A stretch of DNA of 64,000 bases, taken from Candidatus Omnitrophota bacterium. GTDB taxonomy: Bacteria; Omnitrophota; Gorgyraeia; Zapsychrales; Zapsychraceae. Position 1 is the first letter of the stretch. Each line of letters starts with the position of its first letter. The notes below the pieces were generated by a model. It did no database searches and had not been told where the DNA came from. It saw only the letters and a list, made by a program, of their open reading frames with translations. The position numbers and the translations under genes were made by a program. This document shows positions 9,344 through 18,826 of the stretch, piece after piece. The stretch is taken from positions 9,581 to 73,580 of the forward strand of contig JAJDCA010000065.1 in the NCBI GenBank assembly GCA_029261055.1. Direction: 5' to 3'.

Positions 9344-10018
9344 ATGACCTGGATACTCATCATCGTCGGAATTCTCCTATTAACAGGAGCCATTTTGTTA
9401 TCAAAACAATCGCCCTTTAAAGAAGTTACTCGAAATGACTTTCTTTTATCCCTGGCTAAAACCACCGATGGAACGCTTGAACCCTTACATACAAATGAGA
9501 ATTCTTTTAAAATTGATTTCACCTTTGAGAAGAAAAATTTCATCTATGAAGATATCGAGTATCCGGGCTTCCATGGAGAAGTATACAAATCATTTTTAAA
9601 AATTAAAACATCCAGCAAGCTATCTTTAAGTTTCCACGAAAAAAAGCGAACTAAAATCTTAGGATCAAAAATGCTTCTGGCCTCTGAAATACCTAACGAA
9701 GTGCCGGAGAGAGAAATAAAAATAAAATTACCTAAAGGTCTCAGTGGTCTTCATGTCAACACCTCTGACCGCCGACATGCAAATGCTTTATTAAATGATT
9801 CAAGAGCTTCACAAATTTTCACAGAATATAAATACTCTGATCGGGACGGCCTCCCCTATTCATCCTTGAGAATTCATAATGGCTCCATAACCCTGGAATT
9901 TCAGTCTGTCTCCACCCACAAACCCCGCCCATTATCTGAACACAATAACATCAATCAATTGGAAAATTATTTAGATAAATTGATAATTCTAGCAAAAAAG
10001 GTAGAACAGTATAAATAA
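9344..10018 (+). CDS. hypothetical single-pass membrane protein
   Basis: 224 aa with an N-terminal TM helix (ILIIVGILLLTGAILL) and no recognisable domain. The ATG lies 4 nt after the upstream stop. Confidence 0.45.
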   Translation: MTWILIIVGILLLTGAILLSKQSPFKEVTRNDFLLSLAKTTDGTLEPLHTNENSFKIDFTFEKKNFIYEDIEYPGFHGEVYKSFLKIKTSSKLSLSFHEKKRTKILGSKMLLASEIPNEVPEREIKIKLPKGLSGLHVNTSDRRHANALLNDSRASQIFTEYKYSDRDGLPYSSLRIHNGSITLEFQSVSTHKPRPLSEHNNINQLENYLDKLIILAKKVEQYK

Positions 10019-10023
10019 CGACC

Positions 10024-11658
10024 TTATTGTACGACAGGCTCCTCAGAATATAACTCTTTCCGCTGTTTCTTAACGTCTTCATTCATCAAATATTCATCAA
10101 GAGTTGTATCCGGCTTGTCAATAATGCCGTTAGGGGTGAGTTCAATAATGCGGTTGGCAATGGTTTGAACGAACTGGTGATCATGAGAGGAAAAGAATAC
10201 TGTACCACGAAATTTTTCAAGGCCTTCATTTAAAGCCGTAATAGACTCTAAATCCAAATGATTGGTCGGCTCATCCAAAATGAGAACATTAGCTTCCGTA
10301 TTCATCATCTTAGATAACATACAGCGTACTTTTTCACCACCGGAAAGAACGCCAACCTTCTTAAGCGTTTCTTCTCCTGAAAAAAGCATGCGCCCTAAAA
10401 AACCTCGCACAAAATTCTCATCAGAATCTTTAGAATACTGTCGCAACCAATCAATAAGATTTAAATCTTTTTCAAAATATTTTTTATTATCTTTTGGGAA
10501 ATAAGATCGTGTGGTTGTAATACCCCACTTTAAATTCCCTGTATCCGGGGCCAACTCCTCAGCAAGAATTTGAAAAAGCGTTGTTTTAGCCAAATCATTA
10601 CGCCCCATAAAGGCAATTTTGTCCCCACGATGAACCGTTAAATTTAAATTTTGAAACATATCAATATCGTTAACGGTCTTGCCCAACTTATTAAGTTCCA
10701 AAAGATCATTACCGGCGTCTCTTGCAGGTGTAAACATAATATGCGGATATTTCCTTGAGGAAGGTTTAATATCGTCCAGCGTCAATTTTTCTAAAACTTT
10801 TTTACGGGCAGTTGCCTGGCGAGACTTTGATGCATTCGCGCTAAAACGTGCGACAAAATTTTGCAATTCTTTTCTTTTATCTTCAACCTTTTTATTCGCA
10901 TCAGACCTTTGGCGCTGGGCTAACTGGCTTGATGCGGACCAAAAAGAATAATTCCCAGGGAACAACTGAATTTTCCCGAAATCAATATCGGCAATATGCG
11001 TACATACTTTGTCAAGGAAATGCCTATCATGCGAAACCACAATAGCCGTGTTTTCAAAATTATAGAGAAATTCTTCAAGCCACATCGACGTTTCCATATC
11101 CAAATGATTTGTGGGCTCATCTAAAAGAAGAATATCCGGATTACCAAACAAGGCCTGCGCCAACAGAACACGCACTTTTTGGCTGGCTTCAAGCTGCTTC
11201 ATATTGACCTGATGTAAATCTTCGCTAATTCCCAAATCACTCAATAATTTCCCCGCATCAGACTCTGCGTTCCACCCATCCATTTCAGCAAATTCCCCTT
11301 CAAGCTCAGAAACACGAATACCGTCTTCATCCGAAAAATCCGGCTTGGCATACAAGGCATCCCGGTCATTCATTACCTGATAAAGCCTCTCATACCCCAT
11401 AAAAACCGTCATTAATACCGGATGCTCATCATACGCAAATTGATCCTGCTTCAACATAGAAAGACGCTCCCCCTTACTCACAGAAACCGAACCTGCGGTT
11501 GGATCAATTTCGCCGGAAAGAATTTTCAAGAAAGTTGATTTACCGGAACCGTTGGCCCCAATAAGCCCATAACAGTTCCCCTTTGAAAAGACAATATTTG
11601 CCTCTTCAAAAAGCCGCCGTTTACCGTATTGTAAAGTTACATTATTTGCTGAAATCAT
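10024..11658 (-). CDS. ABC-F family ATPase (tandem ABC domains, no TM domain)
   Basis: NBD1 has Walker A GANGSGKST, an LSGGE signature and Walker B LLLDEPTNHLD. NBD2 has a second LSGGEKVR and ILDEPTNHLD, but a degenerate P-loop GRNDLAKTT. The start is set at the ATG at 11658, which has RBS AAAGGAG; the ORF track extends it to 11748. Confidence 0.85.
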   Translation of the reverse strand: MISANNVTLQYGKRRLFEEANIVFSKGNCYGLIGANGSGKSTFLKILSGEIDPTAGSVSVSKGERLSMLKQDQFAYDEHPVLMTVFMGYERLYQVMNDRDALYAKPDFSDEDGIRVSELEGEFAEMDGWNAESDAGKLLSDLGISEDLHQVNMKQLEASQKVRVLLAQALFGNPDILLLDEPTNHLDMETSMWLEEFLYNFENTAIVVSHDRHFLDKVCTHIADIDFGKIQLFPGNYSFWSASSQLAQRQRSDANKKVEDKRKELQNFVARFSANASKSRQATARKKVLEKLTLDDIKPSSRKYPHIMFTPARDAGNDLLELNKLGKTVNDIDMFQNLNLTVHRGDKIAFMGRNDLAKTTLFQILAEELAPDTGNLKWGITTTRSYFPKDNKKYFEKDLNLIDWLRQYSKDSDENFVRGFLGRMLFSGEETLKKVGVLSGGEKVRCMLSKMMNTEANVLILDEPTNHLDLESITALNEGLEKFRGTVFFSSHDHQFVQTIANRIIELTPNGIIDKPDTTLDEYLMNEDVKKQRKELYSEEPVVQ

Positions 11659-11797
11659 ATTTTTAAATATCTCCTTTAAAGAGCGCGGATTATAACACAA
11701 ATTCAACAAGACGGAAAAAATATTTTTATACCCAGAAATTCTATCCATAAACTCTTCATCTTGACATGCGGATAAGCCTCTGCTAAATTACGTCACC

Positions 11798-12601
11798 ATG
11801 CCAATCATATCTGACTATCACATGCATACCCCCCTTTGCGGACACGCCGAAGGAGCCCCTTTTGAATACGCTGAACATGCTATTAAGATGGGACTTGAAG
11901 AAATTGGATTTTCTGATCATGCACCTTTTGTCGTTCGCGAATTACCAGGCATTACAATGAAACATGAAGAACTCCCTGATTATTATCGTATGATTGAAGA
12001 GGTTCGCGCGAAATATCAAAATCAATTACGCATTAAAATCGCTATTGAAGCTGATTTTGTCCCCGGATATGAAGATAAAACTAAAGCCCTCTTAGACGAC
12101 TACCCTTATGATTATGTCATTGGATCTGTGCATTACATCAAAAATTGGGGATTTGATAATCCGGATGAACGGAATAAATGGGATGATCAAAGTATCAATG
12201 CAGTGTATTGTGACTACTATGAACTTCTACGCCAAAGCGCTGAGTCTGGACTTTATGATATTATTGCACACCCTGACCTCGTCAAGAAATTTGGACATCG
12301 TGCTACAGAAGATATTTTAGAAGAAATTGAAAAAACAGCCAACACCTTTAAACAATGCGGTGTGGCCATTGAAATTAACACTTCAGGTCTGCGTAAACCC
12401 GTCAAAGAAATGTACCCTGCCCTCTCTAATCTTAAGATTTATGCAAAAGCCGGCGTCCCTCTAACTTTCGGTTCAGACTCACACCAACCCACGGATGTTG
12501 GCTGCGATTTTGATAAAGCCCTTGCCTTGGCTAAAGAAGCCGGTTACACAGAGTATGTCTTATTTAAAAACCGCAAAATCGAACGCACGATAAAATTATA
12601 A
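11798..12601 (+). CDS. hisK: PHP-family histidinol-phosphatase
   Basis: N-terminal DYHMHTPLCGHA PHP motif, with further His/Asp metal-ligand motifs (SDHAP, HPDL, GSDSH). Confidence 0.75.
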   Translation: MPIISDYHMHTPLCGHAEGAPFEYAEHAIKMGLEEIGFSDHAPFVVRELPGITMKHEELPDYYRMIEEVRAKYQNQLRIKIAIEADFVPGYEDKTKALLDDYPYDYVIGSVHYIKNWGFDNPDERNKWDDQSINAVYCDYYELLRQSAESGLYDIIAHPDLVKKFGHRATEDILEEIEKTANTFKQCGVAIEINTSGLRKPVKEMYPALSNLKIYAKAGVPLTFGSDSHQPTDVGCDFDKALALAKEAGYTEYVLFKNRKIERTIKL

Positions 12602-12615
12602 AAAAGGATATTTCC

Positions 12616-13089
12616 ATGTCTAAAATCAAAGTTGGCAACAAAGCTCCAGATATCAACTTACCTGCCAGTAACGGCAAAAATGTTTCTCTCAAAGATTTTA
12701 AAGGTAAAACCAATGTGGTCTTGTATTTTTATCCTAAAGATGACACGCCTGGATGCACAACCCAAGCCTGCGCCTTCCGTGATAGCATCAAAGACATCGC
12801 CAAAAAAGAAACTGTCGTCTTAGGTGTCAGCCCTGACCCTGTCGACAAACACAATAAATTCATCGAAAAGTTCCAACTCCCCTTTATTCTTCTAAGTGAT
12901 ACAGAAAAGAAAACCTGCCAAAATTATGGCGTATGGGTTGAAAAAAGCATGTACGGCCGAAAATACATGGGCGTGGCGAGAACAACATTTGTGATTGATC
13001 AAGAAGGCACGCTCGTCAAAATATTTGAAAAAGTCAAACCCAAAGGGCATAACGAAGAAGTACTTGAATGTCTCAATACGCTTACTTAA
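12616..13089 (+). CDS. bcp: thiol peroxidase / peroxiredoxin Bcp
   Basis: 157 aa with the peroxiredoxin active-site motif YFYPKDDTPGCTTQACAFRD. Confidence 0.85.
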   Translation: MSKIKVGNKAPDINLPASNGKNVSLKDFKGKTNVVLYFYPKDDTPGCTTQACAFRDSIKDIAKKETVVLGVSPDPVDKHNKFIEKFQLPFILLSDTEKKTCQNYGVWVEKSMYGRKYMGVARTTFVIDQEGTLVKIFEKVKPKGHNEEVLECLNTLT

Positions 13090-14854
13090 AACGCGCCTCT
13101 AAATTTCTTATATAATTTTGGTCTATGGAATACCCTAACGATTTTGCATGTAAAGCATCTTCCAAAGCCTTTTGATAAGCACCGCTAGATTTATAAACAA
13201 CCGACCGATAAGAATAAACTTTTGCAAATCGTGAGTTAATACGCAAAGCAGAAGTAAAATCTTTCAAGGCTAGATCATATTGCTTAAGTATGTAAAAGAC
13301 AATCCCTCTATTGACATAAGTTTTCGCAAGCATTGGGTTCATTTTCAAAGCCTGAGTGTAATCCTTAATAGCTAAAGAATACTTGCCAGCAGCTTTGTAC
13401 AAATTCCCCCTATTATTTAAAATAAAATAATTCTCCTCTAAGGCTAACCCGCTATTGTAATCTTTAAGCGCCAGATCGTATTTCTTAAGATTCGCATAAA
13501 CGCCGCCCCTATTCGCATAAATTCTAGCACGCGTTGGATCTATCCTTAATGAAGCCGTAAAATCATCGATGGCAAGATTGTATTGTTTCTCCTTTACGAA
13601 ATAATTCCCACGATTATTGTAAGCTATACTCAAATTTGGATACTTTGCGAGAACATCATTCCATAACGTTAAACTATTTTTCCAAACGCCACACCTTTGA
13701 AAAGTTAAAAAAGAAAAAAAAGATACTACACAAATTAAAAATACAATTGCTGCATATTTCAATTGAGGTTTTTTATTGATCAATACGTTGTACCCTTGAC
13801 CAATAATAATAAACAATCCTAAAAAAGGAACATACGTAAATCGATCGGCTACAACAAATTTAATAGACGGCACAATCAAAACAATAAAGATTGTAGAAAT
13901 ATAAAAAAGAAACCCAAAAAGAATTTCTTTCGAAGTTTTACCTAATTTAACTATGAGATAAATGACAAAAAAAGAAATGAGCGGCGCAATGTAGATCTCC
14001 AGGGAAAATGAATTATTTATTTTCTGCGGATAAGGATAAAAACAAGAAAGATTAAATGGGAAAAAAAGCTTATAAATATACGTGTTAAACGCATAAGCAC
14101 TAAGTAGGATTTTTTCTAAGAAAAAATCTACCATGTTCATCTGCCATTTTCCGGCTAAACCTTGCGCCAATTGAAAAAACCCGAAAGAAAGCGAAATAAC
14201 AAAAAATGGAATTTTCTCAAATATAATTCTCGAACAAAATTTTCTTTTTAAGCAAAAATCAATATACAAAAGTATTACAGGAAGCGTTACCGCCATTACT
14301 TTAGAAAATACCGCGAGTAAAAATAATAGAAATGAGATTACAAAATATCTTTTTCTTAATTTTTCCCCGCTGCAATATAAGATGTAACTAATCAAAGAAC
14401 TAAAATAAAAAAAGGCATACAAAACATCTTTACGTTCTGAAATCCAGGCAACTGATTCAACATGCATGGGATGCACTCCAAACAAAATCGATGCAATCAA
14501 TGCGATGTCTAGTTTTTTGAATAGCAAAAAAATAAAAATGAATGCGAGTATTGTATTGAAAAGATGAAGAATTAGGTTATTGAGGTGAAATATCTTAGGA
14601 TTCAAACCGAAAAAATGATGCTCGAATGCGAATGAAGTTAATGTGAGCGGCATATAACCAGGTTTTTTAAGGCTTATTCCGCTAAAAAAGCTTTTTAGAT
14701 TATTTACAGATAAGCTTTTTATAGAATCATTTTGTGTGACATACGCAGGATCGTCAAAATTAGTAAAATCATTATTAATGGAAGGAAGGAACGCAACGGT
14801 TGTAAGGATTGTAATAAGCAGCAGTGAAGTTAGTATTTTCTTTATTTCAAACAA
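13082..14854 (-). CDS. polytopic membrane protein with C-terminal TPR repeats (PMT_2/GT39-like family)
   Basis: 590 aa. The N-terminal NDFTNFDDPAYVTQN motif and about 10 TM helices are followed by 6-7 TPR units (AYNNRGNYF..., IYANRGGVY...). Its 3' end overlaps bcp convergently by 8 nt. Confidence 0.7.
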   Translation of the reverse strand: MFEIKKILTSLLLITILTTVAFLPSINNDFTNFDDPAYVTQNDSIKSLSVNNLKSFFSGISLKKPGYMPLTLTSFAFEHHFFGLNPKIFHLNNLILHLFNTILAFIFIFLLFKKLDIALIASILFGVHPMHVESVAWISERKDVLYAFFYFSSLISYILYCSGEKLRKRYFVISFLLFLLAVFSKVMAVTLPVILLYIDFCLKRKFCSRIIFEKIPFFVISLSFGFFQLAQGLAGKWQMNMVDFFLEKILLSAYAFNTYIYKLFFPFNLSCFYPYPQKINNSFSLEIYIAPLISFFVIYLIVKLGKTSKEILFGFLFYISTIFIVLIVPSIKFVVADRFTYVPFLGLFIIIGQGYNVLINKKPQLKYAAIVFLICVVSFFSFLTFQRCGVWKNSLTLWNDVLAKYPNLSIAYNNRGNYFVKEKQYNLAIDDFTASLRIDPTRARIYANRGGVYANLKKYDLALKDYNSGLALEENYFILNNRGNLYKAAGKYSLAIKDYTQALKMNPMLAKTYVNRGIVFYILKQYDLALKDFTSALRINSRFAKVYSYRSVVYKSSGAYQKALEDALHAKSLGYSIDQNYIRNLEARFK

Positions 14855-14893
14855 TTATTATTCCCAATTCCTGCCGTTCCTACACATAAAAGA

Positions 14894-16111
14894 TCATTGT
14901 GAATATCTTTTTTGAATATATTCTTCTAAAATATTCGTAAATTCTTCTTTGATCTTTTTCCCTTTAAGTGTGATCATTTGATGACCGTCGGCATAGACAG
15001 GGGCAATGGGTTGTTCGGAGGTTCCAGGCAGGCTGATGCCGATGTCGGCGTGGCGACTTTCACCAGGGCCATTAACTACGCAACCCATGACGGCAACTTT
15101 TAATTTTTCCACACCGGGGTACTGCTTTTTCCATATCGGCATATTTTGTTGAATATATGTAGTGATATCTTGTGCAAGCTCTTGGAAGTAAGTGCTACTG
15201 GTTCGTCCACAGCCAGGACAGCTGGTGACACTGGGAGCAAAATAACGTAGCCCCAGGGATTGTAGTAAAGCCTTACAAACTTCGACTTCACGTGCACGTT
15301 TGACGTTGGGTTGCGGTGTGAGTGAAACACGAATGGTATCGCCTATACCCTGCTGCAATAAAATAGCTAACGCCGCAGAACTAGCAGAAACCCCCTGAAT
15401 GTCACCTCCCGCTTCCGTCAATCCCAAATGAAGAGCATAATCACACTGTTGCGCAAGTCGCGCATAAACAGTCACCATATCCTGTAATACAGACATCTTA
15501 ACACTCAGAACAATTTTATCTTTTTTAAGTCCGATTTTCTCCGCACAGGCTGCGCTGGTCAAAGCACTTTGAATCATAACTGCATACATCACTTCCTGCA
15601 ATTCTTTAGGTTCATTGTGTTGCGCATTTTGATCCATCAATTCGGCTAAAAGCTCCTGGTCCAAAGATCCCCAATTCACGCCAATACGTACGGCCTTATC
15701 ATGCTCAATCGCTATTTTGATAATCTGCGCAAAATTATTATCATGCCGCTCTCCCTTACCAACATTGCCAGGATTAATACGATATTTGTCCAAGGCCTTA
15801 GCGCACGCTTCATTTTTCCCTAATAAAATATGGCCATTAAAATGAAAATCCCCTATGATCGGTGTCGCATATCCCGCAGCCCTCAGGCGCCCGATAATTT
15901 CCGGGGCAGCAGATGCAGCCTTATCATCATTGATCGTCCAGCGTACCATCTCACTGCCAGCTTCAATTAACTCAACCGTCTGCTGATAGGTAGCCTCTTG
16001 ATCAGCCGTTGGTGTATTGGTCATAGATTGCACTACCACCGGATGCCCCTGCCCCATGCTGACGGAGCCAATTTTTACTGCAGGTGTTTTTCTTCGTATT
16101 TTCATATTCAA
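14894..16111 (-). CDS. ispG: 4-hydroxy-3-methylbut-2-en-1-yl diphosphate synthase
   Basis: 405 aa. N-terminus MNMKIRRKTPAVKIGSVSMGQGHPVVVQSMTNT, and a C-terminal Cys cluster CPGCGR. Confidence 0.9.
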   Translation of the reverse strand: MNMKIRRKTPAVKIGSVSMGQGHPVVVQSMTNTPTADQEATYQQTVELIEAGSEMVRWTINDDKAASAAPEIIGRLRAAGYATPIIGDFHFNGHILLGKNEACAKALDKYRINPGNVGKGERHDNNFAQIIKIAIEHDKAVRIGVNWGSLDQELLAELMDQNAQHNEPKELQEVMYAVMIQSALTSAACAEKIGLKKDKIVLSVKMSVLQDMVTVYARLAQQCDYALHLGLTEAGGDIQGVSASSAALAILLQQGIGDTIRVSLTPQPNVKRAREVEVCKALLQSLGLRYFAPSVTSCPGCGRTSSTYFQELAQDITTYIQQNMPIWKKQYPGVEKLKVAVMGCVVNGPGESRHADIGISLPGTSEQPIAPVYADGHQMITLKGKKIKEEFTNILEEYIQKRYSQ

Positions 16112-16186
16112 CTTTTATAATTTACTATTGAAAAAATCATGTTATAATTACGCCCGATTATAGGGTATAGGTTTTAATATTGCAAT

Positions 16187-17107
16187 ATGGAAATATATCT
16201 CGCTAAAACTCAGGGCTTTTGTGCCGGCGTTTCTTTTGCCGTGGACATCGTTGAAAAAACGCTTGAAAAATACGGCGCCCCCCTTTATGTGTATCACGAA
16301 ATTGTTCACAACACCTGCGTTGTCGAAAGTTTTAAAAAACGTGGCGCTGTTTTTGTTGAACATATCACAGATATTCCCGAAGGAGAACGCATTATCTTAA
16401 GTGCCCATGGCGTCCCCCCTTCTGTTATCCGTAAAGCTGCCGAAAAACATTTAAAAGTTATCGATGCCACCTGCCCTTTAGTAACCAAAGTTCACAATGA
16501 AGCTGTAAAATTCTCTGAACTTAATTATCAAATTATCCTCATCGGGCACAAAGGACATCAAGAGCTCATCGGCACGGCTGGTTATGTTAACCCAGACCTT
16601 TTACATATCGTTGAAAAAGAAGAAGACATCGAAAACCTCAACATTGATCTCAAAGCACAGGTTGCTTACATCACACAGACTACCCTTTCGGTCGACGACA
16701 CAACAGCCATGATTGAAAAACTTAAAAACAAATTTCCTAATCTGATTGCCCCTCCTCGCTCTGATCTCTGTTACGCAACTCAAAACCGACAAGATGCGGT
16801 TAAAGATCTGGCGACAGTTTGCGATGTGATTATTGTCTGCGGCTCCCCAAATAGTTCGAATAGTAACCGCCTCAGAGAGACGGGTGAAAAATCAGGGATC
16901 CCAAGTTATATTATTGATAATGTTGATCAACTGGATATGAGCATCCTAAAAGGTAAAAAGAAAATTGGCATAAGTTCTGGAGCTTCTGTACCACGAATTA
17001 TTGTGGAAAAATTAGTTGAACGCATTCAAAAAGAATTCTCAAATACAGATGTCCATAATTTTGACAACCCGGAAAAAAATATTGTCTTTGCTTTACCAGA
17101 AATTTGA
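16187..17107 (+). CDS. ispH: 4-hydroxy-3-methylbut-2-enyl diphosphate reductase
   Basis: 306 aa. N-terminus MEIYLAKTQGFCAGV, with conserved Cys and His motifs of LytB. Confidence 0.9.
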   Translation: MEIYLAKTQGFCAGVSFAVDIVEKTLEKYGAPLYVYHEIVHNTCVVESFKKRGAVFVEHITDIPEGERIILSAHGVPPSVIRKAAEKHLKVIDATCPLVTKVHNEAVKFSELNYQIILIGHKGHQELIGTAGYVNPDLLHIVEKEEDIENLNIDLKAQVAYITQTTLSVDDTTAMIEKLKNKFPNLIAPPRSDLCYATQNRQDAVKDLATVCDVIIVCGSPNSSNSNRLRETGEKSGIPSYIIDNVDQLDMSILKGKKKIGISSGASVPRIIVEKLVERIQKEFSNTDVHNFDNPEKNIVFALPEI

Positions 17108-17370
17108 TACATGCCATGGCAAAATTACTTATAAATAATTCAGAACACGAAATTCCAGACGGCGCACGTATTGATGAAACATGCGAAAATGCTGGCATAC
17201 CTTTTAGTTGTAACACTGGCGTTTGCGCAACCTGTCAAATCCTAATCCTTGAAGGCCACGACAATCTCGGCGAACTTACCGAGGAGGAAGTCGATTTAGA
17301 CATGGACCGCGATACACGCTTAGCCTGCCAATGCATCATTAAAAGCGGCACGGTTAAAGTGAGCTACTAA
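17104..17370 (+). CDS. small 2Fe-2S ferredoxin (beta-grasp), translationally coupled to ispH and moaE
   Basis: Cys pattern C-x4-C-x2-C ... C-x-C (SCNTGVCATC ... LACQC). Its start overlaps the ispH stop (ATGA), and its stop overlaps the moaE start (TAATG). Confidence 0.7.
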   Translation: MIHAMAKLLINNSEHEIPDGARIDETCENAGIPFSCNTGVCATCQILILEGHDNLGELTEEEVDLDMDRDTRLACQCIIKSGTVKVSY

Positions 17371-17828
17371 TGTTTGCCATTTCCTCAACACCTCTAGAAG
17401 ATATTCATCTCAAAGAAGGCCTTATCTCAGACCGCGCCGGTGCCCTCAGCATCTTTGAAGGACTTGTGCGTAATCACAATGAAGGAAAAGAAGTCCATGC
17501 CCTCGAATATGAGGCAGCCACATCCCTTTGCGAAAAAGAAGCTCAAAAAGTATTAACCGAAGTTACAGAAAAGTTTGATATCCTCCATACGAAATGCATC
17601 CACCGCGTTGGTAAATTAGCGATTGGTGAAATGGCTGTTTGGGTAGGCGTAACAGCCGCCCATCGCGATGAAGCTTTTTTAGCCTGCCGTTACATCATTG
17701 ATGAAATCAAAATCCGATTACCTATTTGGAAAAAAGAATATTACGTCGATGGAAATGCAGAATGGGTTAATTGCCAGGCCTGCGCAAACCATAAACATGA
17801 AAAACACCAAGATAGCCCCTCTGTGTAA
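17370..17828 (+). CDS. moaE: molybdopterin synthase catalytic subunit
   Basis: It aligns along its length with E. coli MoaE: VRNHN, HRVGKL..GE..V.VGVTAAHR, PIWKKE. Confidence 0.8.
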   Translation: MFAISSTPLEDIHLKEGLISDRAGALSIFEGLVRNHNEGKEVHALEYEAATSLCEKEAQKVLTEVTEKFDILHTKCIHRVGKLAIGEMAVWVGVTAAHRDEAFLACRYIIDEIKIRLPIWKKEYYVDGNAEWVNCQACANHKHEKHQDSPSV

Positions 17829-18753
17829 AATACAGGATAATGCACGCCTATCCTCTTTCACAACTTTCCAACTAGGCGGTCCTTGCCGTGGGCTAATAAC
17901 TTGCCAAACACCAGAACAGCTGCAACAATCCGTCCTTAATATGATCAATCAAAATCATCCATTTATTCTCATCGGAGGAGGATCCAACATTGTTGTTTCA
18001 GATAAAGGATTAAATTGTTACGTTATTCGTTACCTCACCGACATCCCTATTATCGAACATCATGGCAATGAACTCATTGTCTCAGGAAGTACAAAGTTGG
18101 ATACCTTAGCTGAACATGCGGCTGAAGCTGGACTCGAAGGACTTAATTACACAAGTGGCATTCCGGGAACCGTTGGTGGCGCTATTGCAGGAAATGCCGG
18201 AGCCTTTGGACAACAAATCGGCGATGTTGTTACCTCTGCTGATTTAATTTCTTTACATGGTAAAAATAACACCGTCCCAGGGTCATCTTTACAATTTTCT
18301 TATCGCCACTCCTGCCTTAAAGAAACCAATGATATCGTATCTTCTGTTTGTTTAAACTTAAAATCCGGTCATAAAAAGACCTTACAAAAAGAACGTATTG
18401 ACATCCTAAAACTTCGCCACGAAAAACACCCTGACCTTTTTACCCAACCATGCGCCGGAAGTTTTTTCCGCAATATTGAACCCTCTTCTAAAGCTGAAAA
18501 ACGACAGGCTGCTGGTTGGTTTTTAGAGCAAACCGGTGTCAAAACATTCGCATGTGGTGGTGCCAAAATTTTTGAAAAACATGCTAACATTATCATCAAA
18601 AATGACAACGGCACAGCTCAAAATGTATTTGATCTTTCCCAAAAAATGGCTCAAGCCGTTAGAAATCAATTTAATATTGATCTCATCCGTGAAGTCCGCT
18701 TTGCAGGCCCCTTTGACAACATGCCACCCAATATTCACAATATCCTATGGTAG
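17797..18753 (+). CDS. murB: UDP-N-acetylenolpyruvoylglucosamine reductase
   Basis: FAD-binding FQLGGP...LIGGGSNIV motif and a C-terminal MurB domain. The start is placed at the Met at 17797, overlapping the end of moaE; the ORF track start of 17698 lies inside moaE. Confidence 0.8.
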   Translation: MKNTKIAPLCKIQDNARLSSFTTFQLGGPCRGLITCQTPEQLQQSVLNMINQNHPFILIGGGSNIVVSDKGLNCYVIRYLTDIPIIEHHGNELIVSGSTKLDTLAEHAAEAGLEGLNYTSGIPGTVGGAIAGNAGAFGQQIGDVVTSADLISLHGKNNTVPGSSLQFSYRHSCLKETNDIVSSVCLNLKSGHKKTLQKERIDILKLRHEKHPDLFTQPCAGSFFRNIEPSSKAEKRQAAGWFLEQTGVKTFACGGAKIFEKHANIIIKNDNGTAQNVFDLSQKMAQAVRNQFNIDLIREVRFAGPFDNMPPNIHNILW

Positions 18754-18826
18754 ATAAGTGGCACGATCTTAAAAAATATTGTATACTTCAAATGTACTCA
18801 AATTAATCTATTAAAGGAGTTTAATA

